A stretch of 64,000 bases of DNA from the human T2T-CHM13v2.0 reference genome, Homo sapiens (GCA_009914755.4 CP068257.2:192001-256000); one strand, 5' to 3'. Shown: positions 47,290 through 63,344, counted from the stretch's first letter. Program-made: numbers and translations. Notes: generated by a model not told the origin, from the letters alone.

Positions 47290-47290
<1 letters not shown>
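43505..47290 (-). mobile_element. Older L1 (L1M-like) ORF2 and 3' end. It is interrupted at 43700-44865 by a GC-rich insert flanked by a roughly 190-bp duplication of the L1 3' end.
   Basis: The L1 3'-end antisense string ...ccaaactgttttccacagcaag... appears at 43520 and again at 44870. Minus-strand ORFs 45470..45853 and 45666..45887 are L1 ORF2 (YYKSTVIKRVWYWNKTNR...). Confidence 0.85.
43790..44870. repeat. GC-rich block of about 310 bp repeated three times in tandem, nested in the L1. It is CpG-rich.
   Basis: Three aligned copies, for example ...gtgcaggcagcagc.gcc.ggcaac.cc.gagcccgc... at about 43920, 44250 and 44570. Confidence 0.75.
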
Positions 47291-47814
<524 letters not shown>

Positions 47815-47815
<1 letters not shown>

Positions 47816-47920
47816 CATGTTGTCCAGTCTGGTCTCAAAATATGGGGCTCAAGAGACCTGCCCACCTTGGCCTCCCAAAATACTGGGATTACAGGGGTAA
47901 GCCCCTGAATCTGGCCATAT
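47815..47920 (-). mobile_element. Alu fragment.
   Basis: ggcctcccaaaatactgggattacagg on the reverse complement. Confidence 0.8.
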
Positions 47921-47924
47921 ATTT

Positions 47925-48425
47925 TTCTTTTTATGGCTGAATAATACTCTGTGTATGTATATATTACATTTTCTTTATCTATTCACCTACTGATGGGCAT
48001 TAGGTTTGAGCTACCTTTTGGCCGCTGTGAATAATGCTGCTGTTAATCGGGTGTACAAATACCTGTTTGAGTCCCTGCTCTCAGTTCTTTTGGGTATATA
48101 CGCTTAAAGGGTGTTGATGGATCATATAATTCATATTTTTGATTTTTCATATTTTTAAGGAGCTGCTAAACCATTTTCCACAGTGGGCTGTACCATTTTA
48201 CATTCCAAAAAGCAATGCATACAGCTTCCAATTTCTCTATAGCATTGCTGACAGTTAATATTTTCTGTTTATGTATTGTATTTTTATAGTGTATGAAATT
48301 AATCTGAGGCTTTTTGCTGATACCAAAATATTAGGAAAGGTTTTCCAAAAATAATACTGCTTATTATAAAGGATTTTACGTGTTACTTGATGCCCTGTGA
48401 TCTGTTTTCTAAGTAAGAAGAGGAA
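47925..48425 (-). mobile_element. L1 3'-end fragment.
   Basis: ...ccattttccacagtgggctgtaccattttacattcc... is the antisense L1 3' end. Confidence 0.75.
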
Positions 48426-48431
48426 CTTCTT

Positions 48432-48732
48432 GGCTGGGCACAGCGGCTCATGCCTGTAATCCTAGCACTTTTGGAGGCCGAGGTGGGTAGTTCACCTAAG
48501 GTCAGGAGTTCAAGACCAGCCTGGCCAACATAGTGAAACCCAGTCTCCACTAAAAAAAAAAAAAAAAAAAATTAGCTAGGTGTGGTGGGGGGTGCCTCTA
48601 ACCCCAGGTATTTGGAAGGCTGAGGAAGAGAATTGATTAAACCCATAAGGCAGAGGTTACAGTAACCGAGATTGCACCACTGCAGCCCAGCCTGTGTGAC
48701 AGAGCGAGAGTCCATCTCAAAAAAATAAAAGG
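48432..48732 (+). mobile_element. Full-length Alu with a 16-bp target-site duplication, aagaagaggaacttct.
   Basis: ggctgggcacagcggctcatgcctgtaatcc...poly-A. The TSD is at about 48414 and about 48745. Confidence 0.95.
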
Positions 48733-48870
48733 AAAGAAAGAAGAGGAACTTCTCTCCATCCAGCCTCATTCCACTGCACCAACTCTTCTGTGTCGGGTTG
48801 TGCAGGGGAGAAAGGGAGCTTGGCAACTCTTTGCTGTGTTGAGTTGTGGTAGCCCATCACTGGGTTGTAA

Positions 48871-49760
<890 letters not shown>

Positions 49761-50030
49761 GGAGTTTCTACACTGATTTTCAGACAATCTGGATCCCAAC
49801 TGGGTATCCCACAATTCTATCCTGACACTCCCTGGAGTTAGTGCAGACCCCGCAGGAGGGGCGCTCAGTCCCAGGCGTCTACTCTCACTCCACATGCCAA
49901 TTGCAAGTCTTGGGTTGTTACATGTAGTTTTGACCAACCAGTTAGAAAACAAGGTTTAATGACCCTCATTGGTGGGTGGAATCATTTGCTCGGACAGCTT
50001 GCAGAACTCAGAAAAACAGATTGTTTCCTT

Positions 50031-50777
<747 letters not shown>

Positions 50778-50850
50778 ATTTTTAAAATAATAACGTTATT
50801 GAAATATGGTTAACGTATCATGCAATTCATTTATCAAAGTACGCAATTCA

Positions 50851-51137
50851 GGCCAGGTGCAGTGGCTAATTCCTATAACGCTAAGACTTTGGGCAGCTGA
50901 GGCAGGTGGATCGCTTTTGTGCAGGAGTTTGCGACTAGCCTGGGCAACATGGCAAAACAGCATCTCTAGCAAAAATACAAAAATTAGCTGGGTGTGGTGG
51001 CTCATGCCTGTAGTCCCAACTACTTGGGGACATGAGACTGGAAGATCACTTGAGCCCAGAAGCCATAGGTCGCAGAGCGACCAGATGGCACCACTGCACT
51101 ACAGCATGGGTGACAAAAGGAGACCCTGTCTTTAAAT
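50851..51137 (+). mobile_element. Alu.
   Basis: ggccaggtgcagtggct... Confidence 0.9.
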
Positions 51138-51590
51138 AACTAAAGAAAAAAAGAAAGTATACAATTGAGTGGTTTTTAGAATATTCAAGGAGCTGTGCAG
51201 TATACGTACAGATGGATAATTGTATAAATAAGTACAGATGTGTATAAATGTGTGAGTATACATACATATATTTTCTAGCTCCTCTAACAAAAGGGCCTAG
51301 AAACAACATCATCCCAGTAACAATGAGAACACCATTCTCCAATTAAAGGAACCAAGGCTCCTTGGGGACATATTTGATATCAGGATTGGCCAGGGAAAAT
51401 ACAACATTAGTTTGAAATATTTTGTCATGTTAGGAAGTAAGGAAATGCTCACAAAATGGGGAAAATGTGAAAGGGAAACAGATCCATTTTGAATAAACTT
51501 CCATAGCCAAATTTGAGAAAATTGGGGCAATAAAATAGATAACAATAGTAATATATTACAATCTACAGAAGAAAATTTTCAATTAATCCA

Positions 51591-51885
51591 GGCCAGGTGC
51601 GGTTGCTGATGCCTGTATTCCCAGAACTTTGGAAGGCAGAGGCGGGCAGGTCACTTGAGGTCAGGAGTTCGAGACCAGCCTGACCAATGTGGTGAATCCC
51701 TGCCTCTACTAAAAATACAAAAATTAGCCGGGCATGGTGGCACATGCCTGTAGTCCCAGCTACTCTGGAGGCTGAGGCAGGAGAATGGCTTGAATCCCGG
51801 AAGGTGGAAGTGCAGTGAGTGGAAATCGCACCATTGCACAACAGCCTGGATGACAAAACAAGACTCCAACTAAAAAAAAATCCAT
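51591..51885 (+). mobile_element. Alu.
   Basis: ggccaggtgcggttgctgatgcctgtattcccag...poly-A. Confidence 0.9.
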
Positions 51886-53540
51886 ATTGACATAAATAAT
51901 AAACCAAAGATTGAGAATGGGTAGTATTTATTACAGTAAAATTTCATTAAATGTAGGAGACATAAAATATAAGAATCATCACTTTGCAAATATCATAGTA
52001 ATAATTGTTGTAAGAAAGAACCTTGGAGGGATGCTAAGATTAGTGGTGAATATATGTTGGGAAAGAACATATTTGCATAATATGAAAGTATCTTCCCACA
52101 AGATAATTATAGAATAGTAACTTCAAAGTGGAGATGTCAACTTAGCCAAGTGATCAAAGTTAGCGTTACTAATAATAAGATAAATGAACTTCATGTAACT
52201 TCTTATATGATGCACTGAGTAGGACAAAACATCAATTCTATGGTATTCTTAGACAAAATGTATAACTTTAGTCCTAACCGTGAGAAAACATCAGACTAAC
52301 TGAAATTGAGGAGGGACATTCTACAAAATAACTGCCAGTATTCATCAAAAGCATTTTAGAAAGACTGAGGAATTCTCCAGAGACATGGAGGCATGTTATC
52401 TAAGTGCAATGGAGAACATGCATTGTATCATGAACCAGAGATGGACAACAGTAGGATATGTACAATAACACCCCAACATTTGAACATTAAACAAAATACT
52501 TCAGAAAAACCCATTGGCCAAGAAAAGTTTCACACACAAAAAAAAAATAGTTTAAACTGAAAGAAAATTTTTTAAAAACTTAATAAAATGTGGGATGCAG
52601 ATAAATCTTTTCTTAAAGGTACATTTATAGATGTAATATACTGAAAATAAAAGGCTTCAATCAATGACCTTTAGGTTCTTTTTTAAGAGGCTAAAAAATG
52701 AGCAAAGTATATCCAAATTAAGAAGAAGGAAGATGATAAAGATAAAAATGTAAACCAACAACATAGCAAATAACAAAAGGTGGAGCTAATTAATATACCC
52801 ACAAATTGGTTCTTTGAAAAAAAATTTTTTAATAAACAATGGCTAGCAAGATTTATCTCGAAAAAATTTAGAGAAGCTACATAATGTAGATAATGGGAAT
52901 TAAATAGAGGATGTAACTACAGAACCTACAGACATCAATATAATTATGAAAACTTTAGGCCAATACATTTGACAATTAAAATAACATGGGAAATTATTTG
53001 TAAAACTAATTCTTAAAACTGATGCAAAATGAAATAGAAAAAGTAATAGCTTCTCTATGTATTGAAGAATTTTTTTTAATTTAAAAAGATTTCTATACTT
53101 ACAGGCTACATGCTTTCTTAGGTGAATTCTATCAAACATTTAAGAAAGTACAGAGAGTCCTCAACTTACAGTGGTTTGACTTGTGCTCTTCTGACTTGAT
53201 AATGGTGCTTTCATCTGTGTACATTAATGATGAGCATCAATATGACCAGTTTTTCACTATCAGTGTAGTTTTCAATAAATTTCATGAGATACTGAATATT
53301 TTAAAATGGGCCTTGTGGTAGATGATTTTGCCCAATTGTAGGATAATGTAAGTGTTCTGAGCAAGTTTAAGGTAGGCGAGGCTAAGTCATGATATTCAGT
53401 AGGTTAAATATATTAAATGCGTTTTAGACTTACAATATTTTCAATTTAGGATGAGTTCATTAAGACATAAGACAATTGTAAGTTGAGGAATATCTATAAT
53501 ATCAATCTTGAACGGACTCTTTTTAAGAAATAGAATTTAA

Positions 53541-53852
53541 GGGCCGGGCACAGTGGCTCACACATGTAATCCCAGCACTTTGGGAGGCCAAGACGGGCAG
53601 ATCACCTGGGGTCAGGAGTTTGAGACCAACCTGACCAGCATGGAGAAACCCCCGTCTCTACTAAAAGTACATAATTAGCAGGGCGTGGTGGCGCTTACCT
53701 GTAATCCCAGCTCCTTGGGAGACAGAGGCAGGAGAATAGCTTGAATCTGGGAGGCAGAGATTGTGGAGAGCCTAAATTGTGCCATTGCACTCCAGCCTGG
53801 GCAACAAGAGTGAATCTCCGTCTCAAAAAAAAAAAAAAAAAAAAAAGAAAGA
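53541..53852 (+). mobile_element. Alu with a long poly-A.
   Basis: gggccgggcacagtggctcacacatgtaatcccagc...a25. Confidence 0.95.
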
Positions 53853-55689
53853 AAATTTAAAGGGACATTTCCTATCTTATTTTATGAACCCAGTATTGCC
53901 GATTCCAAATCGAGACAAAGGCATTATACAACTTTGATGTTTATCCCTCATAAACATAGACTCAAAAGTCCTTAAAACATAATAACCAATTGAATGTAGC
54001 AGTACATAGAATGGATAATAAACTGTGAACAAATTAATTTTCTAGCAAGATTGCAAAGTTAATTTATTATTTGAAAGATCAGTTTAATCAATTTTATTCA
54101 CCTGGATGGTTACATCTGGCAAAACTCAGCAAACTGTGCACTTTAAAATAGTATTTATTTTATGTAAATTATGTTTCAATACAATGGATTTTAAAAAAAA
54201 AAACGTTTCCCAGAGTGATCAAAGTTGAGGGCAGGGAACAGTAAACATCAGTGCTTATGTTATAGCTACTAGAAGCCTCCCAATTCCAACGACATGCTTT
54301 CAAGCAGGTCTGATCCTTCCCCTGGAGGATACCTCTGACCCAGGTGTGCTACAAATGCATTGCCCCTAGTTGCTTCTGTCACCTTAGTGATGGAAGTGAC
54401 AACAGGGTACTGGAGAAAGAAAAGGTGTACAGGGTTCCAAATATACATTCTATTTCCAAAGGACATTTGTGAAGCCAGTGGAAAGCGAACAAACAAGCTG
54501 CTAAATAAGTCACAAGTGTGTTCTCATACAGTTTTGTGATTAACTAAATAGGACATTCAACAGATAAAATTTGTTTTACATAGTTACTCCTCTAATAGGA
54601 TGAACTTGTGGATTGTGAGATAGAGCTGATATAACCTGTTTTCTCTCTGCCTCTTTTTTTTCCCCCAAGTTTTGTGTGCAATACATTAGGAAAAATATAA
54701 TTGGGCTACAAAGCTACAAAAATGGCTTCCTGGCAGTTCCATGCTTGTTTCCATGTGGTGCCTATATTTGGCACTGTGTTCTCATTTGCACTTTCCTGCT
54801 TGATTAGTTAATGTATGAAGGACAAGCCTGATCTCTACTGTGAATTTTTACCAAGGTATTCTAGTAGAAAAATGAGTATGTAATGGTGCTGTGGCATGCT
54901 AAAGTGTGTAAAACATTAAGAATCTAAAAATATGCTGATTTCCAAGTTTTGTCCCAGAGCAACTGTGCACTCTGATTATATCGCTACTGCTATTTAAAGT
55001 TATCCATTTGCATGTCTAAAAAATAGATTCATACTGATTGTCCCATTTTGATCTCAAAAAACTCCGGAATATGAGAGTCGTGATCAAGGGACGCTTCATG
55101 AAATGTTCCAAAGTTAAAGTGTGCAATGAAACCAGATTTATCATAGCCTTATTTAAAATAATTATTTCTAAAATTGTTATTGTTTAATTATAAACGGTAT
55201 CCTTTCAGGATACTTGGAAGATCCATAGCAGTGCTTTTATTTTCACAGAACAAGCATAAATTATTTATGAAATAATAACTCAGATACAGAGATTACTTCC
55301 TATTGGCCTTACATATGAATATAAATAAATACATATTATGAACATGAGCATACTTATTTTATAATTATGTAAATGTGTGTGTAATGTTATATATAAGTTC
55401 AATAAAGTCATGCTTATACATGGTTTCAATTCATGCTTCTAAAAACCACTCAATGTAGTCATTATCATATGTTAATAAATAATCTCTGAAAATGTGCTTC
55501 TAGTAGTTTCACAATATCCCATCATAAAGATTGTCATGCTGTTTTTAAGTCATACTTTTGGGTATATAAGTTATATCTGATATTTTTCTGCTACATATAT
55601 ACTATTATAAATCTATTAGTAGCTGATTTTTTGTCAACACATATGATTGTTTCCTCACAATAGTACAAGAGTTGGTTGTAACTTTATTT

Positions 55690-57850
55690 CCTTCCAACAT
55701 TTATTTTAGGTTCAGCGGGTACATGTGCAGGTTTATTATATGGGTAAAATGTGTGTCAATGGGATTTGGTGTACAGATTAGGTAGTCATCCAGGTAGTGA
55801 ACGTAATATCTAATAGGGAGTTTTTTGATCCTCACTCTCCACCAACCCTCCACCCACAGTAGACCTTGTGTCTATTGTTCCCTTCTCTGTGTCCATGTGG
55901 ACTCAATGTTTAGCCCCCACTTATAAGTGAGAACATGCAGTGTTTGTTTGGTTTTCTGTTCCTTCATTAATTCACTTAGAATAATGGTCTCCAGCTCCAT
56001 TCATGTTGCTGCAAAAGACATTATTTCATCCTATTTTATAGGTGTGTAGTATTCCATGGTGTATGTACGCTGCATTTTTTTAATCCAGTCTTCTGTTAAC
56101 AGGCATCTAAGTTGATTCCGTGTCTTTGCTATTGTGAATAGTGTTATAATGAAAATATGCGTGCATATGTCTATGACAGAATGATTTATATTCCTTTGGG
56201 TATATACCCAATAATGGGATTGCTGGGTTGAATGGTAGTTCTGTTTTAAGTTATTTCAGAAATCTCCAAACTGCTTTCCACAATGGCTGAACAAATTTAC
56301 ATTCCTGATGAAACTGGAGACTTCCCTGACTCCCCTTGGCAGGATGTGCAACAGGGGTGTGGCTTGTCTGGCCACCGTGTGTGCTGTCAAACCCCTTACT
56401 GGGCAGGGGAGCATGCAGACAGGCAGGTGCAATAGGCAGGGCAAGTGGCCATGGTACTGTCTAGGGGTGGGTTCCTGCGACTCCCACAGCCCAAGTGGGC
56501 ATGTGTTACAGTGCACTCTTTTAGCTTTGCCATCCACAGACGGCTTAAGTGTTAACCTGTTCAGTGCCCTCTTGGTACCCAGTTCCTTGTCCAGCATCCA
56601 GAAAGAATTAAGTTGCACACAGACTTGAGGATGGTGAATGTGGGGGTTTTATTGAGTGGTGGAGGTGGCACTCAATGGGATGGATGGGGAGCTGGAAAGG
56701 GGATGGAATGGGAAGATGATCTTCCCCCGGAGCTTTGCCATCCAGAGGCTGATCTCTCCAACCACTGCCAGCCAAACTCCTCTAGGCATTCAGATGCTCC
56801 TTCTCTTCTTTCTGCCACATCATTCTGCAATTCTGCTCTTCTGTTCATCTCCTCATCTGCTTGCCATCCAGAGGCTGATCTCTACAACCACTGCCAGCCA
56901 AACTCCTCTTGGCATTCAGATGCTCCTTCTCTTCTTTCTGCCACATCATTCTGCAATTCTGCTCTTCTGTTCATCTCCTCATCTGCTTGTCTGCTTCTGG
57001 AGCCTGGGGTCTGGGGCATATATGGGTACAGGACAGGGGGTGCATGGTGAGCTGAAAGACAACTTTTGGGTGCAAAAGCAGGAATGCCTGTTCCCATTTA
57101 GGGCCATGGGTTTCCAGGCTTGTGGGCAGGGCTTTGCCAGGGAACCACTCTCTTCTACCCAGTATTTCCCTGTCTCCTTTCTATATCACCACCAGCAGTG
57201 TATAAGCATTCCCTTTTTTCCACAAACTCGGCACCGTCTGTTATGTTTTGATTTTTTAATAATAGCCATTCTGGCCGGTGTGATATGGTATCTCATGGTT
57301 CTGATTTTCTGATGATTAGTGATGTTGAGTATTTTTTCATACGGTTGTTTGCCATACATACGTTGTATTTTGAAAAAAGAATTCACAGACGGCTTAAGTG
57401 TTAACCCGTTCAGTGCCCTCTTGGTATCCAAGTCCTTGTCCAGCATTCAGAAAGAAGTTGCACATGGACTTGAGGATGGTGAATGTGGGGGCTCATGTTC
57501 TTTGCCTATTTGTAGTGGGTTTGTTTTTTGCTTATTGATTCTTTATACATGCTAAGTATTAGACCTTTTTCAGATATGTAATTTGAAAATATTTTCTTCT
57601 GTTCTGTAGGGTGTTCTCTGTTGATAGTTTCTTTTGCTGTGCTGAAGCTCTTTAGTTTCATTAGGTCCCACTCATCAATTCTTCTTGTTGCAATTGCTTT
57701 TGGAATCTTCATCATGAAATATTTGCCTGCGTCTATGTCCAGAATGATATTTCCTAAGTTTTCTTCTAGGGTTTATATAGTTTTGGGTCTTACATAAGTC
57801 CTTCATCCATCTTGAGTTGATTTTTTTATATGGTGAAAGGAAGGGAGTGT
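55690..57850 (-). mobile_element. L1 3' region. It is interrupted at about 56290-57177 by an unrelated insert of about 0.9 kb that has roughly 120-bp terminal direct repeats.
   Basis: The string tttattttaggttcagcgggtacatgtgcaggtttattatatgggtaaa...cacttataagtgagaacatgcagtgtttg is the canonical L1 3' end. It resumes at 57178, accaccagcagtgtataagcattccc..., and continues to about 57850. Confidence 0.85.
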
Positions 57851-57854
57851 ACAT

Positions 57855-60800
57855 GCCCCTGTGATATTGTTCCTAATATCCAGGTTGGGAGAGGATATTA
57901 TACTCAATATTGCAGGAAGTGTCGACCACCCTGAATATTGCTTTTAATATCCGGGGAGAGAGGGTGATATTACTCCCAATATCATCCTCTCCCCCCACAC
58001 CCTGCATAGTACAAGCAATATCAAAGGGGGTCTGTGCAACACCTGCAATATTGGGAGTAATATCCTCCCCCAACATGGATATTAGAAACAGTATCACAAG
58101 GGGTTGTACACCACCTGTGATATTATGGAGTACTATCATTTTCTTTCCCCATGGATATGTAGAACAATATCACAAAGGTGGTGTACAACCCCTGCTATAT
58201 TGGGAGTAATACTGTACTTTCCTCACCTAGATATTAGGAACAATATCACGGGGGGTTATACACCACTGCAACATTGGGAGTAATATCATCCTTTCCCTCC
58301 CTGGATATTAGGAACAATACCTCATGGGTGTGTACACCCTGTTCCATATTGGGATTAATATTTTCTCCCTTGCTGGACATAAGGAAAAATATAACGGGGG
58401 GTATACACTCCTTATGATATTGCCAGTAATATTATAGACTCCCCAAAGGGATATTAGAAAAAGTTTCAGAGAGGGGTGTACATCCCCTGCGATATTGGGA
58501 ATAATATTCTTTCATCCCTGGATATTAGGAATAATATCACAAAGGGGTTTTATACCCCCCGTGACATTTTAATTAATATCATCTTCCCCACTGAATATTA
58601 GGAACAAATTCCCAGGGGTGGTACACCACCTGCAATATGGACAGCTATATCATTGTCTCTCCCCCGAATATAAGGAACAATATCACAAGGGGGTTGTACA
58701 ACCCCTGTGATATTGGGAGTAACTTTATACCCTTTCCACATGGATATTAGGAACAATATCACAGGGTGGGTGTACACCCACTGCGATATTGGGAGTAATA
58801 TCATCCTCCACCCCCTGGGTATTATGAACAATATCATGGGGAGGGGGTGTATGTCCTCTGTGATATTGGGAGTAATATCATCCTGTCCCCTCTGGATATT
58901 AGGAATGATATCACAGCGGGGCTGTACCTTTTCTGCACTATTGGGAGTGGTATCACCCCCTCCCCCTATGGATATTAGGAACAATATCACAAAGGGGGTG
59001 TACACATCCTGTGATATTGAGAGTAATATTGTCCACTCTTCCCTGGGATATTAGGAACAATATCACAGGCAGAGTGTACACCCCCTGCTATTTTACCTGT
59101 AATATTATTCTCATCCAACTTGGATATTAGGAATAATATAACAGGAGGGGTGTACACCACCTGTGATATTGGGAGTAATATCATTCTCTCCCCCCATGGA
59201 TATTGAGAACAATATCACAGGGGCGGTTTACACTTCCTGCGCCATTTAGAGTAATATCATCCTTTTCCCCCATGGATATTAGGAACGATATCGCATGGGA
59301 AGTGTACACGCCCGCCATATTGGGAGTAATATTTTCTCCCTTGCTGGACATTAGGAACAATATCACGGGAATGCACACACCCTGCGATATTGCCAGTAAT
59401 ATTGTAGTCTCCTCCCAGGATATTAGGAACAATATCACAAGGGGGGTGTACATGCCCTGTGATATTGGAAGTAATATCATCGACTCCCCCCACGGATATT
59501 AGTAACAACATCAGAAGGGGTGTACACCCCTTGTGATATTTATAGTACTATCATCCTATACCCCCTGGATATTAGGAACAATACAACGGAGGGGTGTATA
59601 CCCACTGTGATATTGGGAGTAATTTCATCCTCTACCCCTTGGATGTTAGGAGCAGTATCACAAGGGGGGTGTCCACCCTCTGTGATATTAAAAATAATAC
59701 CATTCTCTCCTTCTCTGGATACTAGGAATAATATCACAGTGCTGGTGTGCACCCTTTACACTATTTGGAGCAATATCACCCTCTCCCCAACTTGATATTA
59801 GAGACAATATCATGGGGGGTGGCGTGTAACACCCTGCACTGTTGGGAGTACTATCATCTATTCTTCCCCTGGATATAAGAAACAGTATCACAGAAGGGGT
59901 CTACACCTCCTGAGATTTTGGGAGTAATATCATCCTCTCCAAATCTGGATATTAAGAACAGTATAATGGGGTGTAGGGAGTAATATGGTGGGAGTAATAC
60001 AATCCTCCTCCCCACTTGATATTAGGAACAATATCGCAAAACGTGTGTACACCCACTGTGACATTTGGAGTAATATCAACATTTCCCCACCTGGTATCAC
60101 GGGGAGAGTGTACACTCCTTATGATATTGGAAGTATCATTGTCTCTCACTCTCGATATTAGGAAAAATAGCACAGGGTGTGTATACACTTCCTGTGATTT
60201 TGGGAAGAACATCATACCCTTCTGTCTTTGATATTAGGAACAATATCACAGAGGGGATGTACAACTTATGTGATATTATAATATTCTTTCTTCCCATGGA
60301 TATTAGGAATGATATCCCGGGGGGCTTGTTGTACACACCCTGTGATACGGACAGTAATATCATTGTCCTTCCCCCTACATATTAGAAACAATATCACAAG
60401 GGTGGTATACATCCCCTGGATATTAGAAACTATCACAGGGGGGCTGTACAACCTCTTTGATACTGTGAGTAATACCATTGTCTCCCCTCCTGGGTATTAA
60501 TAACAATATCATAGGGTGGGTGTACACCCCCTGCAATATTGGGAATAATATCATCCTGTCTTCCCCGGGATATTAGGAATGGTATCACAGGTGGGGTTTA
60601 CACCCCCTGCAATTTTGTCAGTAATATTACTTCTGGATGTTATTGAATATATCACAGTGGGGGTGTACACCCCCTGTGATATGGGGAGTAATAGCATCCT
60701 CTTTCCCACTGGGTACTACAAACAATATCGCAGATTGTGTACAACGTCCTGTGATATTGTTCACAATATTTAGGGAAGGAGAGGATGATATTACTCCACA

Positions 60801-61700
60801 TATCACAGGGAGTGTTACATCCCCTGTAATATTGTTCATAATATTTAGAAGACGACAGGATGATATTACTCCCAATATAGTAGGAAGTATACACTACCCT
60901 GTGATACTGTTCATAATTTTTAGGGGATTAGAGGATGATATTACTTCCAATATCACAGGGAGTGTACACTGGTGATATTGTTTATAATTTTCAGTGGATT
61001 AGAAGATATTATTCCGAATATCACAGGGTTTGTACATCCCCAAGTGATATTGTTAATATCCAGTGGGGAAGAGGATGTTATTACTCCCCATATCACGGGG
61101 GATGTAAACCCGTTTGTGGTATTGTCACTTACATCCGGGGGGTAGAGGATGATATTACTCTGCATATCATAGAGGGTGCACACGGCTGTAATGTTGTCCA
61201 TAATAACATCCAGAGGGGAAGAGAATATTATTCCCATGTTTCAGAAGGTGTACACACCCCTGGGATAGTCTCTGTAACATTTAGGGAAGAAGGGGATGAT
61301 ACTACTCCAGATATTGCAGGGGGTGTACACCCCCCTGTGATACTGTTCGTAACGTTTAGGGGGAAGAGGATGATATTACTCCCCATATCGAAGGGATTGT
61401 ACATCTCCCTATATATTGTCCATAACATCCAGGACAGGAGAGGATATTACTACTCCCCATATCACAGGAGGTGGACAACCCCCTCTAAATATGTCTAACA
61501 TCCAGGCGGGGACAGGAGGATATTTTTCCCCATAACCTAGAGAAAGTAAACCTCCTGCGATTTTGTCCATAACATCCAGTGGGGAGAGGATGATATCACT
61601 CCCCATATTGCAGGGGGTGCACACTCCACTCTGATACTGGCCGTAATATCCGGGGGGGTGAAGTATGAAGTCACTACACATATCGCAGGGATTATTAGTA
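57855..61700. repeat. Satellite with a 37/75-bp unit (GGATATTAGGAACAATATCACAGGGGGTGTACACCCCCTGTGATATTGGGAGTAATATCATCCTCTCCCC...), about 50 copies. I think it is SATR1/SATR2-like, but that is unverified. The array flips orientation near 60775.
   Basis: The unit is read directly. It contains the perfect palindrome ATATCACAGGGGGTGTACACCCCCTGTGATAT and the dyad TGATATT..AATATCA. Copies between 60780 and 61700 are the reverse complement of those between 57960 and 60770. Confidence 0.85.
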
Positions 61701-61854
61701 TCAGATTGTTTGAAGGACTCACAGTAAGGGTAGTAGTAGGGCGAGTTCTAACTCAAATAGGGGAAATGTGATGGCTACTAGAAAGAATTTTATGGAGAAG
61801 GGAATGTGGGCAGAGGATAGAGGGTCAAATCTGCATTCATAAGGGCTAGACTTT

Positions 61855-61915
61855 TCTATATATATTTATTTTATACATATATATATATTTTTCTCTCTCT
61901 CTACATATATATATT
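61855..61915. repeat. (TA)n/(TC)n simple repeat.
   Basis: tatatatatttattttatacatatatatatatttttctctctctctacatatatatat. Confidence 0.9.
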
Positions 61916-62705
61916 AAGTTGTGGGAGCCAAAATGTAATAATTATTAGTAACAGGGCTAATAGGGTGTTGATTACTAGGGTTAATGTTAGGTGAATTACT
62001 GTTTTTCGGATGCTATCAAAACTTTGGAAATCATGGTACTATTTATACTAAAAGAGTAAGATCCTCATCAATAAGTAGAAACATACAAGAATAGTCATAC
62101 TACATCTACAAAGTGTCGATATCAGGCAGCGGCTTCAAAGGCAAAGTGATGACTAGATGTAAAGTGGTATTTTAATTGGCGGAGAAGGCAGACTGAGGAA
62201 TGTTGATCCAATAATGACGTGAATTCTGTGAAAGCCTGTAGCTATAAAAAATGTTGAGCCATAAATACCATCAGAAATAGCAAAGGGAGCTTTGAAATAT
62301 TCTGAGACTTGTAGGAGGGTGAAGTAAATATCTAATATAATTGTAACAGGTAGTGCTTAGATTGTATGTTTTTGATTATTTTTTGTTAGGCTGTGATGGG
62401 CTCAAGTAATTGAAACTCCTGATGCAAGTAATACAGATGGATTCAGGAGAGGTACTTCCAGGGGGTCAAGGGGAGAAATACCTGTTGGGGGTCAATGCCC
62501 TCCTAATTCTGGAGTAGGGGCTAGGCTAGAATGGTAGAATGCTCAAAAGAATCCAGCGAAGAGGAATATTTCTGAGATAATAAATAGGACTGTCCCATCA
62601 TTGGAAGCTCCTGCATACCATAAGCTACTAGAGGTCAGTAAACATATTTGTGTGTATCCTGGAGTACCTAGAAGACAGTCTTCCATGTAAGAAGCATTTT
62701 ACTTG

Positions 62706-63000
62706 TTGTTTTTTGAGATGGGGTTTCACTCTGTCACCCAGGCTGGAGGGCACTGGTGAGATCTTGGCTCACTCCAATCTCCATTTCCTAGGCTCAGGTG
62801 ATCCTCACACCTCAGCCATCCAAGTAGTTGAAACAATAGAGCTATGTCACCATAGACCTGTGTCACCATGCTGGGCTGAGTTTTGTAGAGATAGGGTTTT
62901 GCCTTGTTACCCAGGCTCTTCTTTAACTGTTGGGCTCAAGTGTTCTGCTCGCCTCAGCCTCTCAAAGTGCTGGGGTTACAGACATGAGACATTCAGCCTT
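62706..63000 (-). mobile_element. Older, diverged Alu.
   Basis: ttttttgagatggggtttcactctgtcacccaggctgg... Confidence 0.85.
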
Positions 63001-63344
63001 AATAGTTGTTTAATCTGAATAAATAAACAAATGAATTTTTATATAATGGAATGTTATAAGTAATATAATAAACCTAATGTATCTAATCATTAAATATTGT
63101 ATTTAAAATATTGCTTACATTGTATTATTTTTTAATATTTAAGGGTGTATAAGTTTTGACATGATATGTTGAGAAATTATGCAATAATTAAAAAGGAAAT
63201 AAAAGAGAAATAGGTCATCGGTAGCAAAGAGGGTTACAATATATTTTCTAGTATCATTCAACTGGAATCTTAACATTGAGATTTTAGATTAACATTTCTT
63301 AAGGTTTTTATTAGACCCAACTCATGTTCCATTAAATATACCGT

